Part shown: piece by piece, positions 27,707 through 36,923 of the stretch | Numbering within the stretch: the first letter of the stretch is position 1 | Layout of the letters: each line of letters opens with the position of its first letter | Assembly (NCBI GenBank): GCA_005880985.1 | Contig: VBIQ01000008.1 | Coordinates: forward strand, 64,003-128,002 | From: Chloroflexota bacterium | GTDB lineage: Bacteria > Chloroflexota > Dormibacteria > Aeolococcales > Aeolococcaceae | Direction: 5' to 3' | DNA: 64,000 bases | Notes under the pieces: model-generated | Seen by the model: the letters and a program-made list of their open reading frames with translations, nothing else | What the model was told of the DNA's origin: nothing | Database searches by the model: none | Translations under genes and position numbers: made by a program

Positions 27707-28747
27707 ATGGACGAACCCGCCGCAGCCCCAGCCTTCCGGCTGGCGGCGTTGCGCCCGCCGGTGGCGCTGGCGCTGAGCGGCGGCGGCGCGCGGGGCGCCG
27801 CCCAGGCGGGCGTGGCCATCGAGCTGATCGCGGCCGGGCTGCGGCCGGACCTGATCATCGGCACCTCGATCGGTGCCTGGAACGGCGCCTGGCTGGCCGC
27901 CCACCCGGACGACGTGGAGTCGCTGGCGACCTGGTGGCTGGACGCCGAGGTGCGGCGCATCTTCCGCGGCATGTGGCTCGGCTATGCCGGCGCCCTCGCC
28001 TGGCGTCGCAGCGCCGCGCTGTCGGCGGGGCGGGTCGATCACCTGCTGGGGCGCGGTCTCGGCGACATGACCTTCGAGGAGCTGCCGGTCCGGCTGGTGA
28101 TCGGCGCCGCCGACCTGCTCACCGCCGACCTCGTCTACTTCGACAGCGGCCCGGTCGCTCCCGCGGTGCGCGCCTCCTCGGCGATCCCCACGGTGCTGCC
28201 TCCGGTGGCGCTGGGAGACCGCCTGCTCGTCGACGGCGGCATCCTCGACAACTTCGGCGTGCACGAGGCGGTCCGCCGCGGCGCTCGCAGCATCATCCTC
28301 GTCGACGTCAGCACCTACGATCTGGTCCAGCCACCGGTCGGTCTGGGCGAGATCTTCGACCGTTCCACGGTGATCGCGCAGGTGCACCAGCGGCGCCGAT
28401 CGGCGGCGGCGGCGGCAGGCGCCGGCGTGCCCATGCACCTCATCGAGGCGAGCAACGGGGAGTCGCCGCTCGACTTCCAGCATGCGGCGGCTGCGCTGGA
28501 GCACGGCCGTGCCGTGGCCCGTGCCTGGCTGGCCGGCGAGGCTCTACCACCGCTCCGTCCGGCGCCGCCGGCCGAGGAGCGGGTCCGGCTTCTGCAGCGG
28601 TGGCGGGTCCTCGAGGAGCAGCTGGTCGCCCGGATGTCCGCCATGCCCCTCTGGCGGCGAGTGGCACAGTATGGGAACGGCTCCGACCCGGCGGTCCCGG
28701 CCGCCGACCTCGAGCCCATCGACCCGGTGGGGGACGCCGCCGGCTGA
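27707..28747 (+). CDS. Patatin-like phospholipase
   Basis: LSGGGARG, GTSIG, ASSAIP, VDGG. Confidence 0.92.
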   Translation: MDEPAAAPAFRLAALRPPVALALSGGGARGAAQAGVAIELIAAGLRPDLIIGTSIGAWNGAWLAAHPDDVESLATWWLDAEVRRIFRGMWLGYAGALAWRRSAALSAGRVDHLLGRGLGDMTFEELPVRLVIGAADLLTADLVYFDSGPVAPAVRASSAIPTVLPPVALGDRLLVDGGILDNFGVHEAVRRGARSIILVDVSTYDLVQPPVGLGEIFDRSTVIAQVHQRRRSAAAAAGAGVPMHLIEASNGESPLDFQHAAAALEHGRAVARAWLAGEALPPLRPAPPAEERVRLLQRWRVLEEQLVARMSAMPLWRRVAQYGNGSDPAVPAADLEPIDPVGDAAG

Positions 28748-28798
28748 CCGGTCCCAGGAGCGACGCCTGTCCGAGATGAGCTGCGTGATCAGTCGTCA

Positions 28799-29653
28799 AT
28801 GCCGGTGAGCGAGCGCACCACCCGCCGCCGCATCCTCCACCTCGACGGAACGCAGCAGCGCTGGCGCACCGACGAGGTCGCCGGCGAGGAGCCCCTCGAG
28901 ATCCGCATCGGCGGCGTGCCGCTGGCGCTGACCATGCGCACTCCCGGCCATGACTTCGAGCTCGCCATCGGCTTCCTCTTCACCGAGGGGGTGGTCGGCG
29001 AGCCGTCCCACATCCGGTCGATCCGCACCTGCGCGGCCAAGCAGGACGCGGCCCGCAGCGGCGTCTACAATATCCTCGACGTCACCCTGGCGCCCGGCGC
29101 CCCACCGTTCGATCCCCGCGGCGGGCGCAACTTCTACACCACCTCGTCCTGCGGCGTCTGCGGCAAGGCGAGCATCGAGGCATTGCAGACCAGGGCCCGG
29201 TGGCAGGTTCGCGACGACCCGTTGATGCTCGACCCGGCGCTGCTGGCCGCGCTGCCCGACCGGTTGCGTGAGGCGCAGCGCGTCTTCGAGCGCACCGGCG
29301 GCCTCCACGGCGCGGCACTGTTCGACGCGGCGGGGAACCTCGTGTGCCTGCGCGAGGACGTCGGCCGCCACAACGCCTTCGACAAGGTGGTGGGATGGGC
29401 CGCGGGCGAGGGCCGGCTGCCGCTTCGCTCCCACGTCATCCTCGCCTCCGGCCGGGCCAGCTTCGAGCTCACCCAGAAGGCGTTGATGGCGGGCATCCCC
29501 GCGCTCGTGGCCATCTCGGCTCCGTCGAGCCTGGCAATCGAGCTCGCCGACGATGCCGGGATGACCCTGGTCGGCTTTCTGCGCGGGCCGCGCATGAACG
29601 TCTATGCCGGCCACCACCGCATCGTCGCCGTCGCGGCGGTGACGACCGCCTGA
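28799..29653 (+). CDS. fdhD: Formate dehydrogenase accessory sulfurtransferase
   Basis: EEPLEIR, TMRTPG, SSCGVCG, TGGLHGAA, REDVGRHNAFDK. Confidence 0.96.
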   Translation: MPVSERTTRRRILHLDGTQQRWRTDEVAGEEPLEIRIGGVPLALTMRTPGHDFELAIGFLFTEGVVGEPSHIRSIRTCAAKQDAARSGVYNILDVTLAPGAPPFDPRGGRNFYTTSSCGVCGKASIEALQTRARWQVRDDPLMLDPALLAALPDRLREAQRVFERTGGLHGAALFDAAGNLVCLREDVGRHNAFDKVVGWAAGEGRLPLRSHVILASGRASFELTQKALMAGIPALVAISAPSSLAIELADDAGMTLVGFLRGPRMNVYAGHHRIVAVAAVTTA

Positions 29654-30690
29654 TGCTGCCCCTCGCCCCGCCGCTGGAGCCGATGCTCGCCCGGGTGCAG
29701 GACGAGATCCCGCGCGGGAAGGGCTGGCTCTACGAGCCCAAGTGGGACGGCTTCCGCGCCCTGGTCTACCGCGACAACGACGGCCTGGTCATCGGCAGCC
29801 GCAAGGGGCAGCCGCTGGAGCGGTACTTCCCCGAGCTGAGCCAACCGCTGAAGGCGGCGCTGGCCGAGCACTGCGTGGTCGACGGAGAGATCGTGGTCCC
29901 CGGCCGGGCCGGGCTCGACTTCGATGGGCTGCTGCAGCGCATCCATCCGGCCGCCTCGCGGGTCCGGCTGCTGGCGGAGAGCACCCCGGCGATCTTCATC
30001 GCCTTCGACCTGCTGGCCCTGGGTGGCGACGACCTGCGCGGCTCACCGCTGCACGATCGCCGGGCGGCGCTGCGAGCGATGCTCCGACCGAATCCCAGCG
30101 TCGTGCTGACTCCGCAGACCGATGACGCGGAGCTCGCCGCCTCGTGGTTCGAGCGATTCGAGGGGGCGGGCCTCGACGGCGTGGTCGCCAAGCACGCCGA
30201 CATCCACTACGTCCATGGCGAGCGGGTGATGATCAAGGTCAAGCACATCCGGACCGCCGACTGCGTGGTCGGCGGCTACCGGGTCGCGTCCAAGGGGGGC
30301 GGGGTGGCGTCGCTGCTCCTCGGGCTGTACGACGCGAACGGCGCCCTGCACCACGCCGGCCACACGTCGTCGTTCAACGCGGCGCAGCGCGTGGAACTGC
30401 TCGAGCTGCTGCGGCCGCTCGAGGGCGGTCACAGCTTCGGAGGCGGGCGCACCCCGGGCGGCCCCAGCCGGTGGTCGCAGGGACGGGACCTGTCCTGGGT
30501 CGCGGTGGAGCCCACGCTGGTCTGCGAGGTCCAGTTCGACCATCTCCAGGCCGACCGCTTCCGCCATGCCACCCGCTTTCTCCGCTGGCGGCCCGACAAG
30601 GATGCCCACCAGTGCACCTACGACCAGCTGGTGCCGCCCCACTCCTTCTCGCTCGACGACGCGCTCCACGCCGACGCGGGCGGTCTCTAG
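29653..30690 (+). CDS. ligC: ATP-dependent DNA ligase, LigC type
   Basis: YEPKWDGFR, VDGEIV, FDLL, GLDGVVAK, KVKH.RTADCVVGG, SLLLGLYD, FRH...RWRPDK; TGATG overlap with fdhD. Confidence 0.9.
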   Translation: MLPLAPPLEPMLARVQDEIPRGKGWLYEPKWDGFRALVYRDNDGLVIGSRKGQPLERYFPELSQPLKAALAEHCVVDGEIVVPGRAGLDFDGLLQRIHPAASRVRLLAESTPAIFIAFDLLALGGDDLRGSPLHDRRAALRAMLRPNPSVVLTPQTDDAELAASWFERFEGAGLDGVVAKHADIHYVHGERVMIKVKHIRTADCVVGGYRVASKGGGVASLLLGLYDANGALHHAGHTSSFNAAQRVELLELLRPLEGGHSFGGGRTPGGPSRWSQGRDLSWVAVEPTLVCEVQFDHLQADRFRHATRFLRWRPDKDAHQCTYDQLVPPHSFSLDDALHADAGGL

Positions 30691-30736
30691 GGGGCGCCGC
30701 TCGGGTCGCGTCCGCGGCCTCCGCTAGGCTACCGGC

Positions 30737-31894
30737 ATGGGGCTGGGCGACGACGACAGCGGAGGGCTCGCCGGCCTCGACCCCGCCACCCTCGCCGTGC
30801 ACGCCGGCGCGGAGCCGAGCGCGCTCGACGGCGCGGCGATGCCGCCCCTGGTGTTGAGCACCATCTACGAGAACAGTCGCGCCGGCGAGCACAATTACGG
30901 CCGCGAGCGCAACGCGACCTGGGAGCGTCTCGAGACGGTGCTCGCAGCCCTCGAGCGCGGCCCGCGCGCGGTCGTCTTCGCCTCGGGTATGGCCGCAATC
31001 GCGGCCGTCGTCGACGCCGTGCCGGTCGGTGGCCGGGTGGTGGCGGCCCACAACAGCTACTCGGGAACGCGCCAGCTGCTTCGCCGGCTACACCACGCCG
31101 AGCGGGTCGAGGCGGTGCTGGTCGACATCGCCGACACCGAGGCGGTGACCGGCTCCTGTGACGGCGCGGCGCTGCTCTGCCTCGAGAGCCTGACCAACCC
31201 GATGCTGACGATGCCCGACCTGCGGGCGTGCATCGACGCCGCTCACGACGCCGGCGCGATGGTGATGGTCGACAACACCTTTGCCACCCCGGTGACGCTC
31301 ACCCCGCTGACCTGGGGCGCCGACGTGGTGGTGCATTCATTGACGAAGTACGTCGGCGGCCACAGCGACCTGCTGCTCGGCGCCCTCGTCTGCCGCGACC
31401 CCGCGCTGGCGGAGCGCCTGGTCGAGCACCGCACCCTCGGCGGGGCCGTCCCCGGCCAGCTGGAGACGTGGCTGGCGCTTCGCGGCATCCGCACCCTCGA
31501 TGTCCGGGTGCGTCGCCAGATGGCGAGCGCGGCCACCCTCGCCGGCCGGCTGGTCGAGCATCCCGCAGTCGCCCGGGTCCACTATCCCGGGCTTGCCTCG
31601 CACCCGCAGCACGCGCGCGCCGCCCGGCAGCTCGAGGGAGGTTTCGGCGCGGTGCTCTCCATCGAAGTGGCCGGCGGTCGCGAGGAGGCCGAGGCGGTCT
31701 GCGCCGCGACCAGGCTCTGGCTGCATGCCACCAGTCTGGGCGGCGTCGAATCCACTCTGGAGCGGCGGCGGCGATACCCGGCGGAATCCGACGCCGTCCC
31801 CGAGTCGTTGCTCCGGCTCTCGGTGGGCATCGAGGCGGTCGAGGATCTCGCCGCCGACCTGGTCAGCGCCCTCGACGGCGGCGCGTCGCGCTGA
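30737..31894 (+). CDS. PLP-dependent Cys/Met metabolism enzyme (cystathionine gamma-synthase/lyase family)
   Basis: YGRERNAT, FASGMAA, VDNTFATP, HSLTKYVGGHSD, TSLGGVES, RLSVGIE. Confidence 0.92.
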   Translation: MGLGDDDSGGLAGLDPATLAVHAGAEPSALDGAAMPPLVLSTIYENSRAGEHNYGRERNATWERLETVLAALERGPRAVVFASGMAAIAAVVDAVPVGGRVVAAHNSYSGTRQLLRRLHHAERVEAVLVDIADTEAVTGSCDGAALLCLESLTNPMLTMPDLRACIDAAHDAGAMVMVDNTFATPVTLTPLTWGADVVVHSLTKYVGGHSDLLLGALVCRDPALAERLVEHRTLGGAVPGQLETWLALRGIRTLDVRVRRQMASAATLAGRLVEHPAVARVHYPGLASHPQHARAARQLEGGFGAVLSIEVAGGREEAEAVCAATRLWLHATSLGGVESTLERRRRYPAESDAVPESLLRLSVGIEAVEDLAADLVSALDGGASR

Positions 31895-32625
31895 TGGACC
31901 AGCCCGCCGCCGGGGGCACCGAGTACGCCGAATACCTGCTGATCGATGACCTGCTGCGCCTGCAGTGTCCGCTTACTCCCGGCGCCGACGACGAGCTTCT
32001 CTTCATCGTCGTCCACCAGGTGTACGAGCTGTGGTTCAAGCTTCTGCTGGCCGAGCTCTCTCGCGCCCGCGACCTGCTGGCGGCGTCGGATGCCAACGCC
32101 GCAGTGGGCCTGCTGCAGCGCGTGAGCCGCATTGACCGCTTGCTGGTCGAGCAGCTCGCCGTGTTGGAGACGATGAGTCCCGACGAGTTCCTGCGTTTCC
32201 GCGATCCGCTGGCACCGGCATCCGGTTTCCAGTCACGCCAGTTCCGCGCCATCGAGAGGATCTCCGGGGACGCCGGCGACGGCGGCGGGGGACTGTGGGA
32301 CGCGTTCTGCGCCTGCGGACGCGGCCTGGGTCTCGACCTTCCAGCCGGCGAGGAACCGCTCGCGCGCAGCGCGCGGCTGGCCGCGCTGGCTGGTCTCTAC
32401 CACGAGCATCGGGCTCCCGGTCGTGCCGCCCTGCACCGCGTCGCCGAGCTGCTGCTCGACCATGACGAGACGATCGCGGCCTGGCGGTTCCGGCACACCC
32501 TGATGGCGGCGCGGGCGATCGGTTCGCGCCCCGGCACCGGCGGCTCGAAGGGGGTCGGTTACCTGCGCGGCACCATCGACCAGCGTTTCTTTCCCGAGCT
32601 GTGGGAGGTGCGCAACCGGCTGTGA
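31894..32625 (+). CDS. kynA: Tryptophan 2,3-dioxygenase
   Basis: YAEYL, DELLFIVVHQVYELWFK, ASGFQSRQFR, WRFRH, PGTGGS.GV.YL, FFPELWEVR; TGATG overlap. Confidence 0.93.
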   Translation: MDQPAAGGTEYAEYLLIDDLLRLQCPLTPGADDELLFIVVHQVYELWFKLLLAELSRARDLLAASDANAAVGLLQRVSRIDRLLVEQLAVLETMSPDEFLRFRDPLAPASGFQSRQFRAIERISGDAGDGGGGLWDAFCACGRGLGLDLPAGEEPLARSARLAALAGLYHEHRAPGRAALHRVAELLLDHDETIAAWRFRHTLMAARAIGSRPGTGGSKGVGYLRGTIDQRFFPELWEVRNRL

Positions 32626-33872
32626 CCGGGCTCGCCGGTGGTCCGCTGACCCGGGAGCGGTGCGCCGCCCTCGACGCCACCGATCCGCTGGCATCGCTGC
32701 GCGATCGATTCCAGGTTCCCGACGATGTGGTCTACCTCGATGGAAACTCGCTCGGGGCGCCGCCACGCGCCGCGGCCGACACCGTGCGGCATCTCCTCGA
32801 TGAGGAATGGGGGCGGGGACTGATTCGTAGCTGGAACGAGGCGGGTTGGATCGATGCGCCGCGGCGCATCGGCGACAAGCTCGGCCGGCTGATCGGCGCC
32901 GCCCCCGGTCAGGTGGTCGTCAGCGACAGCACCTCGGTCAACCTGTTCAAGCTGCTCACCGCAGCGCTGCGGGCCCGGCCGGGCCGCCGGGTCATCCTCA
33001 GCGAGCGCGACAACTTCCCCACCGACCTCTATGTGGCCGAGGGCGTGGCGCGCGGCATGGATGCCGTCCTGCGCATCGTCGACCGCGGTGAGCTCGAGGG
33101 CGCCATCGACGAGTCGGTGGCGGTGCTCATGCTCACCCACGTCGATTACCGCACCGGCTTCATGCACGACATGGGCAGCTTGACCGAGGTGGCGCATGCC
33201 GGCGGGGTGGTGGCGCTGTGGGACCTCTCCCACAGCGTCGCCGCCGTTCCGCTGGCGGTCGACGAGTGGGGTGTGGACCTCGCCGTCGGGTGCGGCTACA
33301 AGCATCTCTGCGGCGGTCCCGGGGCGCCGGCTCATCTCTATGTGGCCTCGCGTCTCCAGGAGGAGATGCGCTCGTCCATCCAGGGATGGATGGGTCATGC
33401 CGACACCTTCGGCTTCGAGGCCGAGTACCGTCCGGCGCCGGGAGTATTGCGTCACCTCTGCGGTACACCGCCGATGCTCGCCATGGCCGCGCTGGAGGCC
33501 GCCGTCGACCTGTTCGGCTCGATCGATACGGCGGAGGTGCGGCGCAAGTCCGTCGCCCTGGGCGATCTCCTCATCCGGCTGGTGGACGAGCGCCTCGCCG
33601 GTCGTGGCCTGGTGGTTGCCTCGCCGCGTGATGGCGCCTGCCGCGGCTCGCAGGTGTCGCTCTCCCATCCGCAGGGATACCGGGTCATGCGCGCGCTCAT
33701 CGATCGAGGGGTCATCGGAGACTTCCGTCCGCCCGACCTGATGCGGTTCGGCCTGGTGCCGCTCTACGTCCGCCACGTCGACATCTGGGACGCGGTGGAG
33801 GTGCTGCGCGAGGTGATCGACGGCGAGCTCTGGCGCGACCTGGCGTATGCGGTGCGCGCCACCGTGACGTGA
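32622..33872 (+). CDS. kynU: Kynureninase
   Basis: YLDGNSLG, NFPTDLY, WDLSHS, GCGYKHLCGGPG, RGSQVS, GDFRPPD; GTGA overlap. Confidence 0.95.
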   Translation: MTGLAGGPLTRERCAALDATDPLASLRDRFQVPDDVVYLDGNSLGAPPRAAADTVRHLLDEEWGRGLIRSWNEAGWIDAPRRIGDKLGRLIGAAPGQVVVSDSTSVNLFKLLTAALRARPGRRVILSERDNFPTDLYVAEGVARGMDAVLRIVDRGELEGAIDESVAVLMLTHVDYRTGFMHDMGSLTEVAHAGGVVALWDLSHSVAAVPLAVDEWGVDLAVGCGYKHLCGGPGAPAHLYVASRLQEEMRSSIQGWMGHADTFGFEAEYRPAPGVLRHLCGTPPMLAMAALEAAVDLFGSIDTAEVRRKSVALGDLLIRLVDERLAGRGLVVASPRDGACRGSQVSLSHPQGYRVMRALIDRGVIGDFRPPDLMRFGLVPLYVRHVDIWDAVEVLREVIDGELWRDLAYAVRATVT

Positions 33873-34633
33873 GGACGAGCCATCGATACGGTGCCGCGCC
33901 GGATCAGGAGGGCGAGCTCTGGCTGCCGTCCGGCAACGGACCCCATCCCGTCGCGGTGCTCATCCACGGCGGCTTCTGGCGTGCCCGCCACCGGCTCGAT
34001 CTCATGGACGCGCTCGCCGCCGACCTGCAGGCACGCGGTCTCGCCGCCTGGAACCTCGAGTACCGCCGTATCGGTGCCGGTGGCGGCTGGCCCGCGACCT
34101 TCGTCGACGTGGCCGCGGGAGTCGACGCGCTCACCGTCATCGCTGACGCGCACCACCTCGACGTCACCCGCATGGTGGTCGCCGGCCACTCGGCGGGTGG
34201 ACACCTCGCCCTCTGGACCGCGGCGCGGGCGACACTTCCCCACGATGCTCCCGGCGCCTCGCCGCGACTGCGTCCGCGGCTGGCGATCGCCCTCGCCGGC
34301 GTCTGCGACCTGGTCGCCGCCGCCGAGCGTCGCCTCGGCGACCGTGCCGCCATCGAGCTGATGGGCGCATCGCCCGAGGCGGCTCCAGACGCCTATGCAC
34401 TGGCATCACCAGCGGCGCGGTTGCCGCTGGGCGTGCCCCAGCTGTTGGTCCACGGCACCGCCGATGACAGCGTTCCGGTGGATGTCAGCGAGCGCTACCA
34501 GGCCGCCGCGACCGCCGCCGGCGACCGATGCCGGCTGCTGCGGCTGCCCGGGGTCGATCACTTCGCGCTGATCGACCCCGGCAGCGATGCCTGGCGGTTG
34601 ACCGCCGACGAGATCGGCGCGGCCCTGAGCTGA
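33869..34633 (+). CDS. Alpha/beta hydrolase (HSL-like), candidate kynurenine formamidase
   Basis: IHGGFW, GHSAGGHLA, HGTADDSV, DHF; GTGA overlap with kynU. Confidence 0.85.
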   Translation: MRTSHRYGAAPDQEGELWLPSGNGPHPVAVLIHGGFWRARHRLDLMDALAADLQARGLAAWNLEYRRIGAGGGWPATFVDVAAGVDALTVIADAHHLDVTRMVVAGHSAGGHLALWTAARATLPHDAPGASPRLRPRLAIALAGVCDLVAAAERRLGDRAAIELMGASPEAAPDAYALASPAARLPLGVPQLLVHGTADDSVPVDVSERYQAAATAAGDRCRLLRLPGVDHFALIDPGSDAWRLTADEIGAALS

Positions 34634-34646
34634 GGTCGGTCGCGGA

Positions 34647-35084
34647 TCAGGAGACCGTGGCCGGCGCCGCAACCAGTCCGAGCTGGGTCAGGAACTCGTG
34701 GCGATCGAAGTAGAGGCGGTCCTCGACGAGGCGGTTGCCCTGGACGCGGGCGATGTTGACGCCTCGCATGCTGATGCGCTTCCCGGTTGACTGCACGGTT
34801 TCGCCGGTGGCAAGCCGCAGGGGCGCGGTGTGCGTCGCCGTGTTGCGAAACTCGCTGACCACCACGTCGCCGTCGACGTACTGCTGCTCGATGTCGATGC
34901 GGGTGTCGGAGTAGGCGCGCAGCAGGTTCTCGTAGTGCTCGCGGATGGCGGCGGTGCCACTCACCCGGCGCCCTCCCGGCCAGACCAGCTCCGCATCCGG
35001 CGTGTAGGTGGCCATGATCGCGTCCAGGTCGTGCGTGTTCATGGCGTCGATGTTCCGCCGAACCACCGCTTTGGGATCAGCCAT
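34647..35084 (-). CDS. SnoaL/NTF2-like ester cyclase family protein
   Basis: AMNTHDLDA, ATHT.PL...TGKRI, LYFDR.EFLTQLG. Confidence 0.85.
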   Translation of the reverse strand: MADPKAVVRRNIDAMNTHDLDAIMATYTPDAELVWPGGRRVSGTAAIREHYENLLRAYSDTRIDIEQQYVDGDVVVSEFRNTATHTAPLRLATGETVQSTGKRISMRGVNIARVQGNRLVEDRLYFDRHEFLTQLGLVAAPATVS

Positions 35085-35172
35085 CACCGCCCCCCTCTAT
35101 ACCAGCCAAACGAAGGACACGATGATCGCGCCTGCCGGGCGATGGGTCAACCGCCGCGTCGTGGGGTGTCGC

Positions 35173-36066
35173 TCAGCCTCCCCGGCTCTCGCCGCGCTCG
35201 ATGCGGGCGCGCTGCGGCCCCACCGCATAGGCGGGGTCGCGCACCGAGTGAGCGCCGGCGGCGAAGACCGTCCAGCGCAGGCAGGCGGCGCCGGCGAGCA
35301 CCGACAGGCCGCCGAGGATCGCCGCCGGGCGGCGCCGCCCGGTCAGCGTCATCGCCAGCGCGCCCGCGGCGGTCAGGCCCCTGGCCAGACGACGGCTGAC
35401 CGCGTTGCCGCCGGTGGAGTACGGCTGGCCGGCCTCACCCAGCCGGCGCTCCATCACCCCGGTGGCGGCCAGTTCCACCAGCGCGCCCATCGCGCACAGC
35501 CGGCGGGCGGGTCGCGCCGACGCCGCCGGTGTCACCAGCGCCGCCGCCGCGCCTGCGCTCGCCGCCGAGCTGGCGGCGAACACGAAGGGAAGCTCGAAGC
35601 GTGCCTCGTGCCACGCCGGCACCGCGGTGTCGGCGATGAGCACCGCGGTGTAGGTGGCGAGCGCCGGTCCCAGCGCACCGGCGGCGGTCTCGGTGGCGGT
35701 GCGGAGTCGCGGCATGACGCCCAGCACCTCGCAGCCGGTGGCAACCCCGGTGGCAAGCCCGCTGGCGCTGAGCACCCAGGTGCCGACGCTCATCGGCGAG
35801 GTGACCTTGAGGACCCGCAGCATGTGGTGGAAACGGGCCGGTCGGCCGAGGTCGCGGATGAGCAGGGGAGGGCTGACGATCAGGCCCGCCAGCGCGACCA
35901 TCAGGGCGCGCCGCGCCAGCACATCGTTGCCGCGCCGCCGCGCCGCCGCAGCGAGCGTCGCCGACGCTCCTGCCAGCCCACCGGTGAAGAGGTAGGCGGC
36001 GATGTCCGGCTCCCACACCGGTCCCTTGAGCAGCGGACGGCCGTAGTACGAGCGCGCCTCGGTCAC
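35173..36066 (-). CDS. NrfD/PsrC-family membrane anchor of formate dehydrogenase
   Basis: SYYGRPLLK.PVW, YLFTGGLAG, LIRDLGRPARF, SPMSVGTW, YTAVL...VPAW; GTG 36066 overlaps the stop of the Fe-S subunit. Confidence 0.88.
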   Translation of the reverse strand: MTEARSYYGRPLLKGPVWEPDIAAYLFTGGLAGASATLAAAARRRGNDVLARRALMVALAGLIVSPPLLIRDLGRPARFHHMLRVLKVTSPMSVGTWVLSASGLATGVATGCEVLGVMPRLRTATETAAGALGPALATYTAVLIADTAVPAWHEARFELPFVFAASSAASAGAAAALVTPAASARPARRLCAMGALVELAATGVMERRLGEAGQPYSTGGNAVSRRLARGLTAAGALAMTLTGRRRPAAILGGLSVLAGAACLRWTVFAAGAHSVRDPAYAVGPQRARIERGESRGG

Positions 36067-36923
36067 CGCCGCTCTCCGAGAAAGGCCGCGGCCACCCCCA
36101 GGGCGAGCGCTCCCGCAGCGGCGGCGGCGGCCCCCCACATCTGTCCCAGCCGGCGGGTGCTGACCACCGGATCCGGCGGCAGCCCGTACACCTCCGGCTG
36201 GTCGAGGAGCAGGAAGAAGGCGCCGAAACCACCGACGCCGTTGTCGCGGTCGGCGCCGTACAGCCGGGCGTCGCCGACGCCGCGCTGGTGCAGGGTGTCC
36301 ACCCGCTCGCGCGCCAGCGCCAGCAGCTCGTCGACGGGGCCGAACTGGATCGACTTGGTCGGGCACGCCTGGGCGCAGGCGGGCTCCAGGTCGCCGCGGA
36401 GACGGTCGTAGCACAGGGTGCACTTCCAGACCCGGCCGTCCTCCCGGCGCTTGTCGAGCACGCCGAAGGGACAGGCAGACACGCAGTAGCCACAGCCGTT
36501 GCAGATGTCCTGCTGGACGACCACGGTGTCGAACTCGGTGCGGAAGAGGGCGCCGGTGGGGCAGACGTCGAGACAGGCGGCGTGGGCGCAGTGCTTGCAG
36601 ACATCGCTGCTCATCAGCCAGCGAAGGCCATCGCCGGCTTCGGGGTCGGAGACGGCGACCGGCCGTCCCTGCTCGATGAAGGCGACGTGCCGCCACGAGT
36701 TGCATCCGATGCTGCCGGTGTTGTCGTAGGAGTCGCCGGTGAAGCTCAGGCCGTCGTCGGGAACCAGGTTCCACTCCTTGCAGGCCACCTCGCAGGCCTT
36801 GCAGCCGATGCAGATCGAGGTGTCGGTGAAGAAGCCCATCGCCCGCGGCGACCCGTCCGGATGGTGCGAGGCGACATCGATGTCGTGGCTGATGATGGTC
36901 GGATCGCCGCTGATCGCGGTCAT
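36063..36923 (-). CDS. Formate dehydrogenase iron-sulfur (beta) subunit
   Basis: CIGCKACEVAC, CKHC...CLDVCP, CNGCGYCVSACP, KCTLC...CAQACP; C-terminal TM helix. Confidence 0.94.
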   Translation of the reverse strand: MTAISGDPTIISHDIDVASHHPDGSPRAMGFFTDTSICIGCKACEVACKEWNLVPDDGLSFTGDSYDNTGSIGCNSWRHVAFIEQGRPVAVSDPEAGDGLRWLMSSDVCKHCAHAACLDVCPTGALFRTEFDTVVVQQDICNGCGYCVSACPFGVLDKRREDGRVWKCTLCYDRLRGDLEPACAQACPTKSIQFGPVDELLALARERVDTLHQRGVGDARLYGADRDNGVGGFGAFFLLLDQPEVYGLPPDPVVSTRRLGQMWGAAAAAAGALALGVAAAFLGERR

